From the NCBI GenBank assembly GCA_973895155.1, contig OZ316899.1, positions 5,025,241-5,089,240 of the forward strand: 64,000 bases of DNA. Direction: 5' to 3'. This DNA comes from Marsupella aquatica (Eukaryota; Plantae; Marchantiophyta). Of this stretch, positions 12,482 through 25,690 are shown piece after piece. Every line of letters starts with the position of its first letter. Position 1 is the stretch's first letter. The notes below the pieces were generated by a model. It had not been told where the DNA came from. It saw only the letters and a program-made list of their open reading frames with translations, and made no database searches. A program made the translations under genes and the position numbers.

Positions 12482-14744
12482 TCACTTGGCTCCTAAGTTG
12501 GGGAACTGCCCGGGATCCTCAATCCGAGGGGCTGAAGCTCGCCGTGCATTATGAAGCCCACCAGAAATATTACCCCTACCACCAGATCCTGAAACTCGAT
12601 CACCATCCCCACCTCGACCATCACCCCCACGACCCTCACGGCCACGGCCACGACCACGAACGCGATTGCCGCCAGATCCATAGTATTTCTCACCGTCGAC
12701 AGGTTTCAAAAAATCATTGATGCTCTGCGTCTTGAACATGAGGGCATATAATTAGTTCAATAATTTCCAAATCAGCCACGATACGACAGGTACAAATGGA
12801 GTGGATAAATTTTGACACTTACCTTCTTAGCCTTTTCTTCTTTCTCGAGGGCCTCCTTCTCCTTCTTCTTCTTATCCTTGTCTGAGCCCTGCGGACGAAG
12901 GCTAAATTAGTCGGGTGCTCCAACATCGAAAACTAGAGAGATTGTGGGTCAACTATGCATTCAAAACATGAGAAATTCAACGCCAAAAATACGGCGAGAA
13001 AGGGGGTCCAAGGGAGGAAAAAGGACAGGAATTGTGTGCACCACTTTAATGAAGACGTCCTCGTCGTGTTTCTTGTCCACCAGTTGCATGGACGCAAAGG
13101 CCTTGTCTGCCTCGACCTTTCTTTCTTCAGCCTTGCTAGACAAAAGAGCCTTTCGCTTGGACTCCAGGATCTTCTCATATTCGTCAAGAGTGAGCTCCTG
13201 CAAAGAGAAGTCCAGATCAACGCTTTCTAGAGCACCATCGACTCCCCTCGGCGGGAGACATCATAAAAGAGTAAGTAAAGAAACCAGTGTATGAAACGGT
13301 ATTTTGGAGAAAGCCAGCTCACATTATCCTCGTCGGCATCTTTCATAGGGCTACCGTCCTCGGGCATCGCATCCTCTTCGACGCTTACCTCACCTTCTAC
13401 TTTTTCCTCTCCACCTACGGGAATTTTCTCAGCTTCATCCTTGAAGCTAACATCCTGCGTCTCCCTGCAGCAGGGGAGACCTCACAGATTAGAAGGCTTT
13501 CATACTAAAAGCAACTAGTGACGTCCGGAGAAGAGATGCCACTCTGGAAGGTAATGTTATGATAAGACATCCAGCTTCACCACTTACTGCAAGGTAGTTT
13601 GATCGCCTTCAGATCCCCAATTCCCGCGACCCGAACCATCGCGTTTAGTCTCATTGCTGCAATAACACGTCAAAGTCTAACGGAATCAGAAACAACAATG
13701 AATGGAAGAAACCGAGACTAACGATACATAAATTGATAGAATCCGGTCTGGGAGCCCTCGACAATTCAGATAAAAGCTGATAGGGGGAATATGGAGAGTA
13801 AACAGGACAGCGACCCGCGATAATCCACAACTATAGTTCTGAAATAACAGAATAACATCCTAGAATGACCCAAAAATTAAATACTGTCAAGCCAGGCCCC
13901 TTGTATCCATATCGTGCCTTGTTTATCAAGCAACAACAAATCACGTGATCCAGACGGTATAACAAAAGAAAGGGAGTACCCAAAACCAGAGCCACTACGA
14001 CGATCGAACTCACGGCGACGATGTCGATCATCGCCATCACTTCCAAGCCCACGATCACGTCCGCGGCCAACAACACGACCTCCTCTTCCACGACTTCCTT
14101 CGTGTAACCAGTTCTCCCCTTCCCCTCTGTGAGTCCTCTCACCACCGTAACCACCGCCATAGCTGGCGACGCCCGACGGAACTACTCCGTCGCCATTGCC
14201 ACCGTAACCACCTCGGTTACCCGCAGACCCGTCATTACTATTCTCTCGGCTGAGATTGAAATTGCGATCACTGCTGTGCCCTAAACGTTCACGAGAAAGC
14301 CCGTCGCGGGTATCACGTTGATATCCACTATCACGTTCGCGGTCCCCAAAACTACCACGGCCACCTCCGCGAATACCACGACCGCCTCCTCGACCACCAC
14401 GACTACCCTCGAAGGGTTTCGCTTCCTTCACTGGAGCATGAGAACACTAGATAAGAAGACAAGTCGTACAAAAGAGGCCTCGCACATCGATCCTCTCCAT
14501 CAATCAAGATGCGAGCGAACTGAATGAGAAGCGGCCAAAGCATTGCAAAACCACAATCACCTGCTTCAGATGCTGGCAGCGGCTTCGTTGACATGCGACC
14601 TGGAGAAGCAACAGAGACTGCAGTCGGCGGCTTCTTAACGACGGTCTTCTCCGTAGGGGAAGGAAGGGTAGCTCTGGCAATCACAGCCGTCGGTTCCTCG
14701 TTCTCGTCATCGCCAAGAAGGTCAAAATAATTCTGCGAAGACAT
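12482..14744 (-). CDS. RGGA: RGG-repeat RNA-binding protein (RGGA/SERBP1/HABP4-PAI-RBP1 family, Stm1-like N-terminus), 7 exons, apparently intact
   Basis: Exons 14744-14561, 14430-13980, 13656-13588, 13464-13323, 13197-13042, 12888-12823 and 12730 (or 12724)-12482, all GT-AG and in phase. Motifs MSSQNYFDLLGDD, RREFDRRSGSG, KRDGSGRGNWG, ELTLDEYEK, SINDFLKP and APRIEDPGQFPNLG. Confidence 0.93.
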
Positions 14745-15766
14745 GCTGGCGCCGATGCCGAGCAACCGGCTTCCTTGGGTTCGAGGTTTCTCCCCACAGT
14801 ACCCTTCCTTCTTACAACTTCATCAAACCCTTCTGTAATCAGTCTTCACGCATTCCCGAGGCCGTCAACTTCGAATGTTAAAGACACAAATCGTGCGGTC
14901 ACCATTTACAAAAGCTATTACAATCAGACACAGAGGACGTTCAAGCACGGCAATCGTCTTCCGTCCGTCATTCACGGTCAGCAGATTCCACGCCTTCCCT
15001 TTGTAAGAAACGATCAACGCAGAGAATACAACCACCATGGAATTTCAGACTCGCTCCTGCGACTAAACCTCACTCACAATCATGGTGTGTTGGGCTTGTG
15101 AAGTAACAAAGACGAGAACGAGCTGCAACCACCGTGCTGGTATGAAGCCATCTGAAGAACACCCGCCAGCCGGCCCTACCTCGCGATATCCCCTAAACCC
15201 TCTCGATCGGGCTCAATGAGTTCGCGCCATCCGATCGTCCCATCCAATCCTCGACATCCGACGCAGCTCTTGGAATCTCTGACCTAACGCTGAAGACTCG
15301 TCGTTAGCTCGGAGGTGAAGTAGGATGAATGATCAACTCCTTGGAGTACGGTTCCCCAGGAACGTACGGACAACATAGGGACTCGTTTTCTGGTGTGTGG
15401 AGACAATAGGGCGTCTCAAACCTGAGTTTTCCATTTGAGTTACGGGTAACTCTCTTTTGCCGTAACCCAAGTTACGGGTTACTTCTATGATACCTGACCG
15501 GAGGGGGGTGGGGGGGCAGGGTTTGACCCGTGCCTTAATGCATTAGTTACGGGAAACAGCCCGCTCAAAGTTCCCCTCCATTTCTGAATGTTTTTGCCGC
15601 CAGGCCCCATGTAGCAATAATAACTCAAAACCTAGGCAGGAAATGTCGGCATTCAAATTCAAAATCGCCCTCATTTTGTGTGTCGTTCTCGTATTCCCTC
15701 TCGATGCTCATTACTTCCTGAGCCGGCATTGCGACGGTCGTTCGAGCTCAAACAAAATTGCTGGCT

Positions 15767-17308
15767 ATGAAGAATCAGCTTAATACCATGGGGGAGGTCG
15801 ACGATGCCATTTCAGATTCAGAGACTCCAATTGCCGATCAGAATTCAGAAGCTCTGTCAGGTATCGCGTTCAATTTAGGACCTCATTCAGTGTTGTCTGC
15901 ACTAAACATGGCGAGAAATGGAGGTCGACTTGTACAAGCTGGAGTTTCGGCTCCCAAGTCCACATTTGCGCATGGTATGAGCGTTGCAGGGGGGCGAGAG
16001 AAGTTCAGGTTGAAGTACGAGGATTATGGATTGATCGTGGACTGGTTGGAGAATCCAGATAATTTCAACCAGATCCATGGTGGAGGTAAGACTAAGATAC
16101 AAGGGAGACCGATGAGCAGGGCCACTGTTTTTAAACAGATGCTTGTTGCTTTGCAAGCCCACAACTTTCCAAGGAACATCACTGGGCCTAATCTGAATAA
16201 GAGATTTGGCAGGTTTGTCGCCAAATACAAGGAAGCTCGTGAGTTGAAAATGGCCAGTGGAGGGGGTCTAACAGAGGATGATTTGGAGGCAGGGCTCTGT
16301 TTGGAGGACAAGTTAAATAGGATATGTCCTCATTTTGAGAGGATGCATGCTCTGTTTGGAGCATGGCCTAATGTGGCACCTCGAGGCACTGGTGATTTTG
16401 GCATAGACGTTGATGAATTCACAAGCTTCGATCCGAATGAGGACCAAGATGGAGACACCGGTCTCCATGATGTTGGATCAGTCCCTCAATCACCGACAAT
16501 CATTCTGACTGGTATACTATTTCACAAATGCTATTCTATGTTGAGACGCCAGTATTCTTTGCAGACCGACAGCCATAACACTTGACTCAAGTGGATAAAT
16601 TTGAATTCTTGCTCCTCATCTCACAAATCAATTTCTTGTTTTGTAGAGGGACCTGCAGGTGTTGATGACACTATGGATTTCAATTCAGAGGCTTTTTGGG
16701 AGGAAGACCTCATGGACATTGCAAGGGATTCGGTTCCTGTTGCCGATAGTACAGGAACCCATTTTGGTGATTCGACCTATCCAAGGGAAACCGCGATTGC
16801 TTCAAGTGCAGAAATTCCAACAGTACCATCTGCCACACCAGCAAGAAATTGAACTCCGGCAAGACAACCAGTTGGGGGTTTGGCAAATAAGGAGAACCAG
16901 CCACCAAAGAAAACTCCATCAAAGAAGTCTGACAGCCAGCAACCTGCCCCTCCAAAGCCCAACCTTGCACAAATCTATGTAGAGCGGCTTCTACAAAAGG
17001 CAGAGTACAAGAAAGACCTTATCCAAAATCGGGAGAAGTGGAAGATGGTTGAATTGGATGAAAAAAGGCAAGCTTGACTAGACACGTCTATAGAGGCTAC
17101 AAAGAGGGATTGATTGATGCGAAAGCATGCGTTGAAAATGAAGATGGAGACTTCTGCTAATGCTGAAAAGAAAGCCTGCCATCATGATCGCTACCATCAT
17201 TGGCAGATGTCTAGAGCAAAGAGGAGGGCTCAAGTGTTGATTGAACTCTCCCAAAGCAACAAGTCTGATGAGCAGATCAAGGCTTTGATGGCTCTTGTTG
17301 AGGACTAG
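15767..17308 (+). pseudogene. Harbinger ORF1, Myb/SANT-like DNA-binding protein with an acidic/coiled-coil tail
   Basis: DYGLIVDWLENPDNF...YKEAREL...SGGGLTEDD...LEDKLNRICPHFERMHALFG; probable intron about 16512-16647; in-frame stops at about 16850 and 17075. Confidence 0.7.
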
Positions 17309-17926
17309 TATAGGCGCGCCTACGGAAAGGCTAAGTGTACTTTGCATATGTCTTGACTTATGAATAAAATTGAAGTGACACTTTTCCTGACCTCATGTCT
17401 TCAAGTACATGCATGCGTATGCTTGCCCAACACTGCTAATGTAATCTCACACTTGCATTCAACTTGGGATCCAATGCCTTTGGTCATACTATGTGAAACG
17501 TCCAATCAATCGCTCTCACCCTCTCCCTCTCATTCTCTCACGTGTCGCAGACGATTTTGGTCCCCTTTTGCCCATGTTATTGGTCTGGTTTTGTCTTCAT
17601 TTTTGGTCCCATTTTTTCCCTTCGCTTTTGTGAGTCCCTGATAGGGTTCTCCGCCCCTTGATGAGCTCATACTCCGGTTTTGAGAAGGGTTCAGCTTTGG
17701 AGACAGCTACTTCACACATTCCACCCAGGTTTTGCTTTGATTTTGGTTCCATGTTGGTGTTTAAAAGTTTACTTGTGCGTCCTATTGCGCGTTGTGACAT
17801 ATCGCTTTTGTTGAGCTTATCTGCTTGATAGTGTTGTCGACTCCATTTGCGTTGCCAACTTCTGGAATTTGTAATTCCTTTGAACTGGGACGTACCCAAC
17901 AGCTACGACGCAAGAACGTAGAACTC

Positions 17927-18256
17927 ATGGCCAGGCCAAAGAAGAAGTGCATGACCAGGAGGTGGCCCATGAGCCCCAATATTAGCTCACCAGCTGAATC
18001 TATCATCCAACCTAAGGTTGAGCTCTAGGCAAAACAACAAATGAAGGAGGAGCCGCTAACCCCACCGCTAGCTGTTGTGGTGAAGGAGGAGACTATCAAT
18101 GCTGTCATGAAGGAGGAGCCCCTTGTGCGGTTTAAGGCTAGGAACAAGTTCAAAGCTACAGCAGCCATGATGCGACAGAGGAGAAGTGGCAATAGAGAAA
18201 ACAAATGGCACAATTTTTGGGTGCAAGACCATCCTTATGCAGGCTCCATCCCATAG
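17927..18256 (+). pseudogene. Small basic, KEE-rich ORF between the two Harbinger genes, with one internal TAG
   Basis: MARPKKKC...QPKVEL*AKQQMKEEP...VVKEE...MKEEP...HNFWVQDHPYAGSIP; ORFs 17825-18028 and 18041-18256 share a frame. Confidence 0.35.
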
Positions 18257-18340
18257 GCAATTGAGTTTTGTTAAGCTACATCCCATAGGCAATTGAGTTT
18301 TGTTAAGCTCCATCCCATAGGCAATCAAGTTTTGTTAAGC
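18243..18340. repeat. Tandem repeat, 32-bp unit x3
   Basis: GCTCCATCCCATAGGCAATTGAGTTTTGTTAA repeated three times with few changes. Confidence 0.9.
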
Positions 18341-18670
18341 AAATTATTCCAATTTGTGTCTCTGCCGAGATAGGGATTTTGATTTTTAGACACAAGCATT
18401 TCAGAAAATGATAAACTGAGATTCATCCAATCTTGTACTCATCTCTTTTTTTGAAGTGGGAAAGCAATTTCTTTGCTCATTTTGCGTATTGGCACTTGAA
18501 ACCCTAAATTTCAATTTCTTTCTTGGCACACCGATGTCTCATGAAAGTCATTGCTCAATGAAACAAAACTTTGAGAGTCTAGAGTTTAAACATGAAGGCT
18601 TATTACTGAGAAATGTTTTAACACATGTGGTCTCCCAAACTGAACATTTTTGGAGCCAAGCTGTCTAACT

Positions 18671-19700
18671 CTAAGAAGTACTGGCAGCAGCCCATAGACA
18701 CCCGCCTGGCTGCCTATGAAAAGCCAATGCAGTTGCCATTACAGCCTGAAGCCGAGCTGTTGGATTTACAGCACCCGCTTTGCGCCTGTGCCCATGAGGC
18801 TCTGCAGGTTCCTCCTCGTCCAAGTGTTCCACGACAATCTCTTGGTCCTCCTCACTCCATAAGTCGTTCCTACTAATCACATAATTGCGGAGTCGAGCAC
18901 ATATGCCTATCCACCTAACCATTCATAGGTGTTCCTTGGTAGATTTCAGTTGGATTCTGATTTCCTTCAAAGAAAACCACCTAGACTTTAAAACACCAAT
19001 ACAATGTTCATTGGTAACCCAAGCTTTGGCAACACAAAAGTTGAAATCCTCCTTGTCCATCGAAGTATCATACTTTTTGAATGCAGCGACAAAATGCTCC
19101 GCGGCCTGGTATCCAGAATCACCCAGCAAGTACTGTCCCTGGTCAAACAATTCCCCACCAACCTCATTGCATTTCCTCCAAAGCTTGCTCCGCTTCAAGC
19201 ATGTCAGATCAGATACTGAACCTGGCATACCTACTCACCAAGAATACAATTAATAGGGTGAGTAAAATCAGAGCTAGATATGGAAGACCTAAAATAACCT
19301 TCTTACCAGTATACAAATACAAGATCTTCCGTCTATGATCGCAGACAACTTGTGCATTGATTGAGTATTTGCACTTCCTGTCGAAGTAGCATTCTCCTGA
19401 ATCTTTTGGGCGCTGCGGCAATGGGATAAGTGTGCCATCAATGAGACCAACACATCCAGGAAAGCCTTTTTGACTGAACTCATTTGAGATGCTTGCTCGC
19501 TCTTCCCGTAGTGGCCATTGCAAGTGTGAATGGAGGGCATCCCCAATGCCTTGAAGCACCGTGTAGTAAAGTTGCATAGTGAGCCATTGCTGACACCCCA
19601 GATAGGGATCATATGATTTAAGCATGCCCCATTTCCATCATGGCCAAGCCTGTCCAAGGTGACGGCTAATTGCCAGCAAACTGGAGCCTGCTCATAGGCC
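18671..19700 (-). pseudogene. Harbinger DDE transposase (DDE_Tnp_4/HARBI1-like), 5' truncated
   Basis: QAPVCWQLAVTLDRLGHDGNG, GLIDGTLIPL, YFDRKCKYSINAQVVCD, PGSVSD, YLLGDSGY and EHCIGVLKSRW; intron about 19231-19306; frameshift and stop. Confidence 0.92.
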
Positions 19701-22700
19701 AAGAAGACCGGTTGGGGGAGGCCATGACAAGCATCGACCCAAGGTTGCCAACCATTGATCGGCATCAACTGCAACCTTGGGAGGACGAGACAACCCGACT
19801 CATAGAACAAGCCTATGAGGAAGACCACTATGGCAAGGTAGCCCATGCCGGGAAGGAGAGAATAGAAGCCGCACGGGTGGGACCCCCATAGATGGAAGCC
19901 GGGCAGACAGAAGCCGGGGTGGCGGAAGCCAAACACGCAGAAGCCGATGAAGCCGAGGCCAAAGTAGTGGTGGGGCCCGGACACGCCGAGGATGGGTTGA
20001 CCAGGTCAGGAGCGGGTAACCTGTCAAAGAACGGGAGGCCTACATTGGCTGCCGAGGAAGGATTGGGGGCGTCCATTGAGGACCAGCCACCGGTGTTGTG
20101 ACCGTGTAAAGGCGCCATCCCTTTTAGAGAGGGCAGACATGGAGATAGGAGGCATGAGTGGGCAGCGCGGGCGCAGACCTCCAAAATTAGGATTAGGATC
20201 AAGACCAAGAAGCGGCCCTGGCACTTAGTTAGTGGATTGCGCATCCATTGGTAAGAGCAACACTTGTGCTCTTGCCTCGCTGTACATAGGTAGATTCCAC
20301 TTAGGAGTAGATTTGGCTTACGTAGCAAGGAAATAGGTAGGTACGTTATCACTAGTACATTTTGTGGCCTAGTCCAATCACTAGTAGAAACCGGGGCAAT
20401 TTAGACCATACCTTATAGGACTATGCCCACTAAGTCCTTTTTCCATACTTAAAATGACTCGCACCCATTGCACCGGTTTTGTTGAAGACTAGAAAAGACT
20501 ATGAGTGTTTTATGGTTTACTAAAAGACTATGAGAAGTAACCTTGCTACTTTGCAAAGGGTGAATAGTCTAGCACATCATGGCTTTTGATAATGGTCATG
20601 GGCGGGTACACAACTGATGTTTTGACCTCTGAACCAACATCCCGCTATAATGGTACTCAATTTGGACAATGTTCACTTATGTTCAGGAGGGGTAATTCTA
20701 TAAAGAGGGTGATAGCAAGGGGCATATATAACTCATTCAATGGCCTTATTTGTGACCAAAAAGGTTTGGGGTTTAATGACTTCAGTGGGGTTCATGTTTA
20801 ATTTAGGGTTAGCAAGACTACAATAATATGTCACTCAGAACACTTTAGTTCATGGAGGGTGGACTACGGAGGGATGGTCAAGATATTATTGGCCATTACT
20901 AAATCCATCTATAAAAGGCCAAGATACACAAAGGTAGATTTTTACCGGTCCTTTTTCATACATTAGAGCTAGGCCACATTCTTGCACCGGGAATATTGCA
21001 TTTTAGGACTGGATTTAATGTTGGGCAACCTTAATCCTGATTATGGCACAATAGAATGCCACTATGTGCCGACCATGTATGTGCAAATATGACCATTCAT
21101 TGCCTTCTTAGGGTAATTTGCCAGGCCATTTTTGCCTTGTTGGAGTCCACTAGTGTTTACAGAACATATGCTTCTGTGCTCAACGGCTCACCCCAACGGT
21201 TAGGGCTTTGTAAATTCCTTCCCCTAATTCTGTTTAAGGGTTTACGCTTAACTTTTGGGCCGGACTAAACTACATGGGCAAGGCGCGGGAGAATTCATCG
21301 TGACTTAGTGGTCTAAACAAGGTGGTGGGGTCTTGGGTTGGGTGTTCGGGGTTTTGCCAAAGCGTTTTTCATTGACAATGAGCTTTCTCGATCAGTCCAA
21401 GCGCCATGCTGCCCTAAGTGTATACACTCTTGCCATCCCGAGCACCTCACGCGAGCTGTGAGCAGTTGCATCCTCCTGTTGTAAGTGCATTGATCTGCCA
21501 AGCATTCAAATGCAAAGCTGCTAGCATCTACTCCCTGTGCTGGTTGAATGTGTAGCGCTGTCTTGTGACGATTGAAGATTGCCCCTTACCTTTTACCGCC
21601 ATCGCTGAATGCAGGATCGACCCGAATATAGCACCTGTGCAGAGGCATTGGGTGAACATAGTGAATGTCATTTGTGTCTTGTGCAAGGTTGTGGGCCTAA
21701 CGTTCGTGAGTCGTGAGCTGCAGACTACATGCGACTCCAAAGGAGGCATTGGGGAGGACACGGTGAAGCAACAAGGAGCGGCGTGGGAGCTTAGAGTGGG
21801 CCAACGCTAGCTGAATCCAATCTAGGAGATGTTGCGCTAAGGTGAGACTCTGAGTTTAGGGTTGCTTCAGTGTCCAAGTAGGTTTTCTCTTTGCGTCGGC
21901 AGCTAGAAGGTAAGCTCGGGGGCTTTACAAAGGGTTAGTGTTGCGGACTTTCCCTCCTGGACGTTGCGTGTCTTCATTTGCAACTTTTGTGGACCTGTGA
22001 TCCTGAGACTGTCAAAATTGTTGTGGCCGCACCGACAACTTGACGACGCATTTTGTGGATGCACCGTTAGTAATCGTGACTACAGCTCTCCAACGATTGC
22101 ACTTACCATTTTTGACCACCTTGCATGATGTCCATCCGTGGGCTGGACCCCAGGGAGTAGATTTTGGTACATTTTGGTAGATTTTGTCTATGCCCCCGGT
22201 CGTCATTTTGTGCAATGTCCGCCTGGCACTTGGTTCTTGACCTACATTGTCGTCTACCGCTCGGCTGCTTGCAGAAGGGATCGAACAGATTGGAGGTCAC
22301 TATGGACTGACATTCAGGCCTGGGTCAAGCAAGGAGGTTAGAGTTGAAGTCGCCTATGCTTGGCCTTCTCTATTTTCTCTGCTTGCCACTGCCTCTATTG
22401 TTACTTACCATTTCCAGCTGGTGAAGCTGCATGCGGGTTGCATCTATTCTACGGGCGCGCTATGGGTGTTTTATGGATTGTGGACTTTATGTGGTGCGAG
22501 AATCGGTAACAACATGAACCGGCCTTTTTTGACAGTCTTGGAATGTGCGTGAGCTGTGAAGGTTGCGCTTCAGAGCTTATATTCCTGTCGCCGCCTACTC
22601 CCATTGTTGTGTGTTCGTAACGTTGTGCATCGTAACGTTGGAACTCGGAGCTGAGCTGCGCACTGTCAACCATCGAGTGCTGTTGCGCGTTGTCAACCAA

Positions 22701-25690
22701 GAGGAGATGCCGCATCCCACATTGAGTTGAACATTCAGGTAGGGACCTGAGCTGCGCACTGTCAACCATCGAGCAACGACCAAGCTTGGCAGCGCTCTGG
22801 GATTTATCGGCCACATTGACAAAGCGGAAGACAGAGGTGAGTTTGTGCACCGTTAGAGTAACCACGAGTACTCTATTACATGCCTTGTTGTTCTCTATTA
22901 CATGCCTTGTTCTCCCGTCCACTGTTTCCTACGATTTTCTTTCTTCCAGAAGATAATGGTGATTTCTTCTTCAATCAAACAAAACCCCACCCAACCACCA
23001 CCCAAGAACGTGGGGTGTGCGCTACTTAATCCTCCTCAAACTGGCCCATTGTTCATTGAAACCCCATATATTACCCCCCGGCACCAAGGGACTAGTCCCA
23101 ACCTGTCTTCCGCTTGCCACCCTCTTCACTCTCTCGCGCATCTATCTCCCGATATTTCACGCGTAGCCGAGCCCACCGAAAGCTCTCTCCCTACAATCCC
23201 TCCCAAATCCCTGTCCAATACAGGAATGACATGGTTATGTTTTCAATTCCCTGCTTGGATGAGGCGTGGTGTTGCTTGTAATCATGTATTTCTTCACACT
23301 AGAAAAGCAGTCTGTCAGATGAGGTTGTCGGGATTGTCTGTGGGTCAGTCATCTTACGGACACCTAGCAACGTCAAATGAATGGCGGAAACGGGCCATGT
23401 TGTCATTTTGAAATTTGTCTTTCCTTTTGCCATGCTACCCAATCATTTTGTTAGTCCATGAGTCATAGATTCATAGATTCTATGTTTTGTGCTTTGTCTA
23501 GAATGCTATGGCGCCCATGCTACAATTTGTGGTTTTTGTCTAAGCACAAATCCTCTCTGTGCCTGGTCTCTGTGTCCCATCATTTGGATTGATTGTGCAG
23601 ACGTTTCCTCTTCTCCCAGTCCTTGTCATCCACCAGCCAAAGCACATTGGATTGTTTTCAAAGGAGGGCTGTGTAGTTCGGAGGGTTTGATCTATGCAGC
23701 GGATTTGAGCAGATTGGCGGTTGTTAGTTTCTTCTTGTAAAACCTGTCTGTCTTTTCTGCTTTTGGCCATGCTCCTTCACTTCTTGCTGCAAGCTCAATG
23801 TGCTTCAGCTATGGCAATATTCACTTACCCTATCCCAACGGCACTGCCGTGAGCTGTAGGACAGCCAACAGAAGCACTATACAGATTGTATGTAAGTCAG
23901 GGTATTTTATGTATTGCGGAACAACTGTCCAAGTATGCTGCAATGGTCGGTCTTGCGCAGGTGAATGAGCCAATTTCATTTTCCCTGTGCACTTCTATTT
24001 CTCAGAGAATTCCCTGGTCATGCTCATTTCCCCCAGAGTTAGAAAACAAAGAAGAAGAGCTGACTAATTGTAATTCCAATCCATATCCTGATCGGTCAAG
24101 GATTGTTCACTACATTGGCCTTGTCATTGGCTGAGGTCACCAAATTTTGCTTGGTTTCATTCCTGTGGAGCACTGCTGTGATGGATTTGTCGTAGCATTC
24201 TGCAAACTCTCACGGTTTGCTTATGGCCATTATTTGCAATTTGCTGCTACTAATATGTCTTCTTCTGAGCAGCATACACCGGAAGTAAGCAATAGTGGAG
24301 GTTTAACTGCACATCAACACATCCAGTAAACTACCTCTCTGCTGCTCACTGGAGGGTGAGACTTTCACTCTTTCTGGATTGTAGTTTGTAAGCAAGTTGA
24401 TTAGGAGTGTTTCATGCTATGTTTACACTGTGACCCCTAGCTGGAACCAATGGAATGACACAGTGAGTGGGAACTGATAATTTAAGGTTGGTTGCTGTTG
24501 GTGAGGCAAGTACAGCTCCTGCTCACCTTGCTGATCGAAGGTGCTTATCAGAGGACGTGAACACACGACATCTCCACAAAAGCAACACTTATGGTGAGGA
24601 CCTGCAACGCTGAACATGTGCGGCTTGCACGCAAGGCAGAGATGTTGCACCTTGAGTATGTCAGACTTGGGATCCTTCCAGCCCAGTCTGCATGGTACTT
24701 TGAGTACCCAGTTGTTGCCAGGAACAACTACAGCCGGCCTGTACCTGCTTCTCCACCCTTCCCAACATCCTTGGTATTTCTGTCTCTTGTACATGACCCG
24801 CCACAAATTAGGGCCCAAGGGTGTGTGCACAGTTGCCAATATGACTGTCCTGCCTGTAGGGCTTCTGGCCTAGAGTTGGATGACCGTTCTCTTGGATGTC
24901 AGTTTTTTCATAGAGCACAATGTATCATCTGGAACCACTCGCCATCCTGCAGTGTGCCTGGCGATGCCACTTGTCCTGCCCTCCCAGACCCCACCACCGG
25001 TCACTTTGGTGTCTACACATGTTTGGATCACACGCTCTAGAGGACCACTTGTCACACCGCATGCACAAACCAGAGACCATTGACCTATAACTTAACACTT
25101 TGACTTGAACAGAGAGGATATTTACTTAAGATTTTGAATTATGAGCAATTTTGGGTCCAGGGTTTAGGGTCAACAGTACATAACTTATCCTATTATGGCT
25201 GCACTAAGTACAATATCCTAATTTAAGAGGCTAGCAAGCTCACTTAAAAGTCTCCTTTCAAAGACTGAAATTAATGGGCCATGTGATAACCTGGAAAAAG
25301 TGATTTATGCCTAACTTATTTGTCTCATTCACTATCATAGCCTATTTAGGATGTATAAATTACAACCCTGATCACACTGCTTGATACCAATCCTATTCAA
25401 AAAATGTCTGTTTTACATGTCACGACTGTTATATGTGATTCAAATGCATTTAATCTTGTTGCAGATCTCCTTTGGTGAATCATAGCCACAAAATTGAGGT
25501 GTAGGTGGATCAGTTTTTAGTGTGGGTTCAACAAACCAAAAAGTATGTCTACTCTGCACATGTGTGTGAACATTTCATTGCAGTAGCAATTTCCACTCTA
25601 GTCTATATGCTACACTATACTTTTTGTACACTGCTAAATTGTATTGTCTGTGCACTCTGCTAAATTGTACTATCTATCTCATGCGTAGGC

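Larger units (their letters stand above)
15409..19700. mobile_element. PIF/Harbinger transposon relic with convergent ORF1 and transposase; right end lost or displaced
   Basis: Left end GGGCGTCTCAAA resembles Harbinger/Tourist termini. Subterminal GTTACGGG repeats at about 15440-15555. Two-ORF organisation. Confidence 0.8.

Noticed and set aside
21000-24450. Many short ORFs in the 5' part of CACTA A
   Set aside because: No recognisable motifs; the region looks like leader/intron sequence with small local duplications (22648-22772, 22870-22912).
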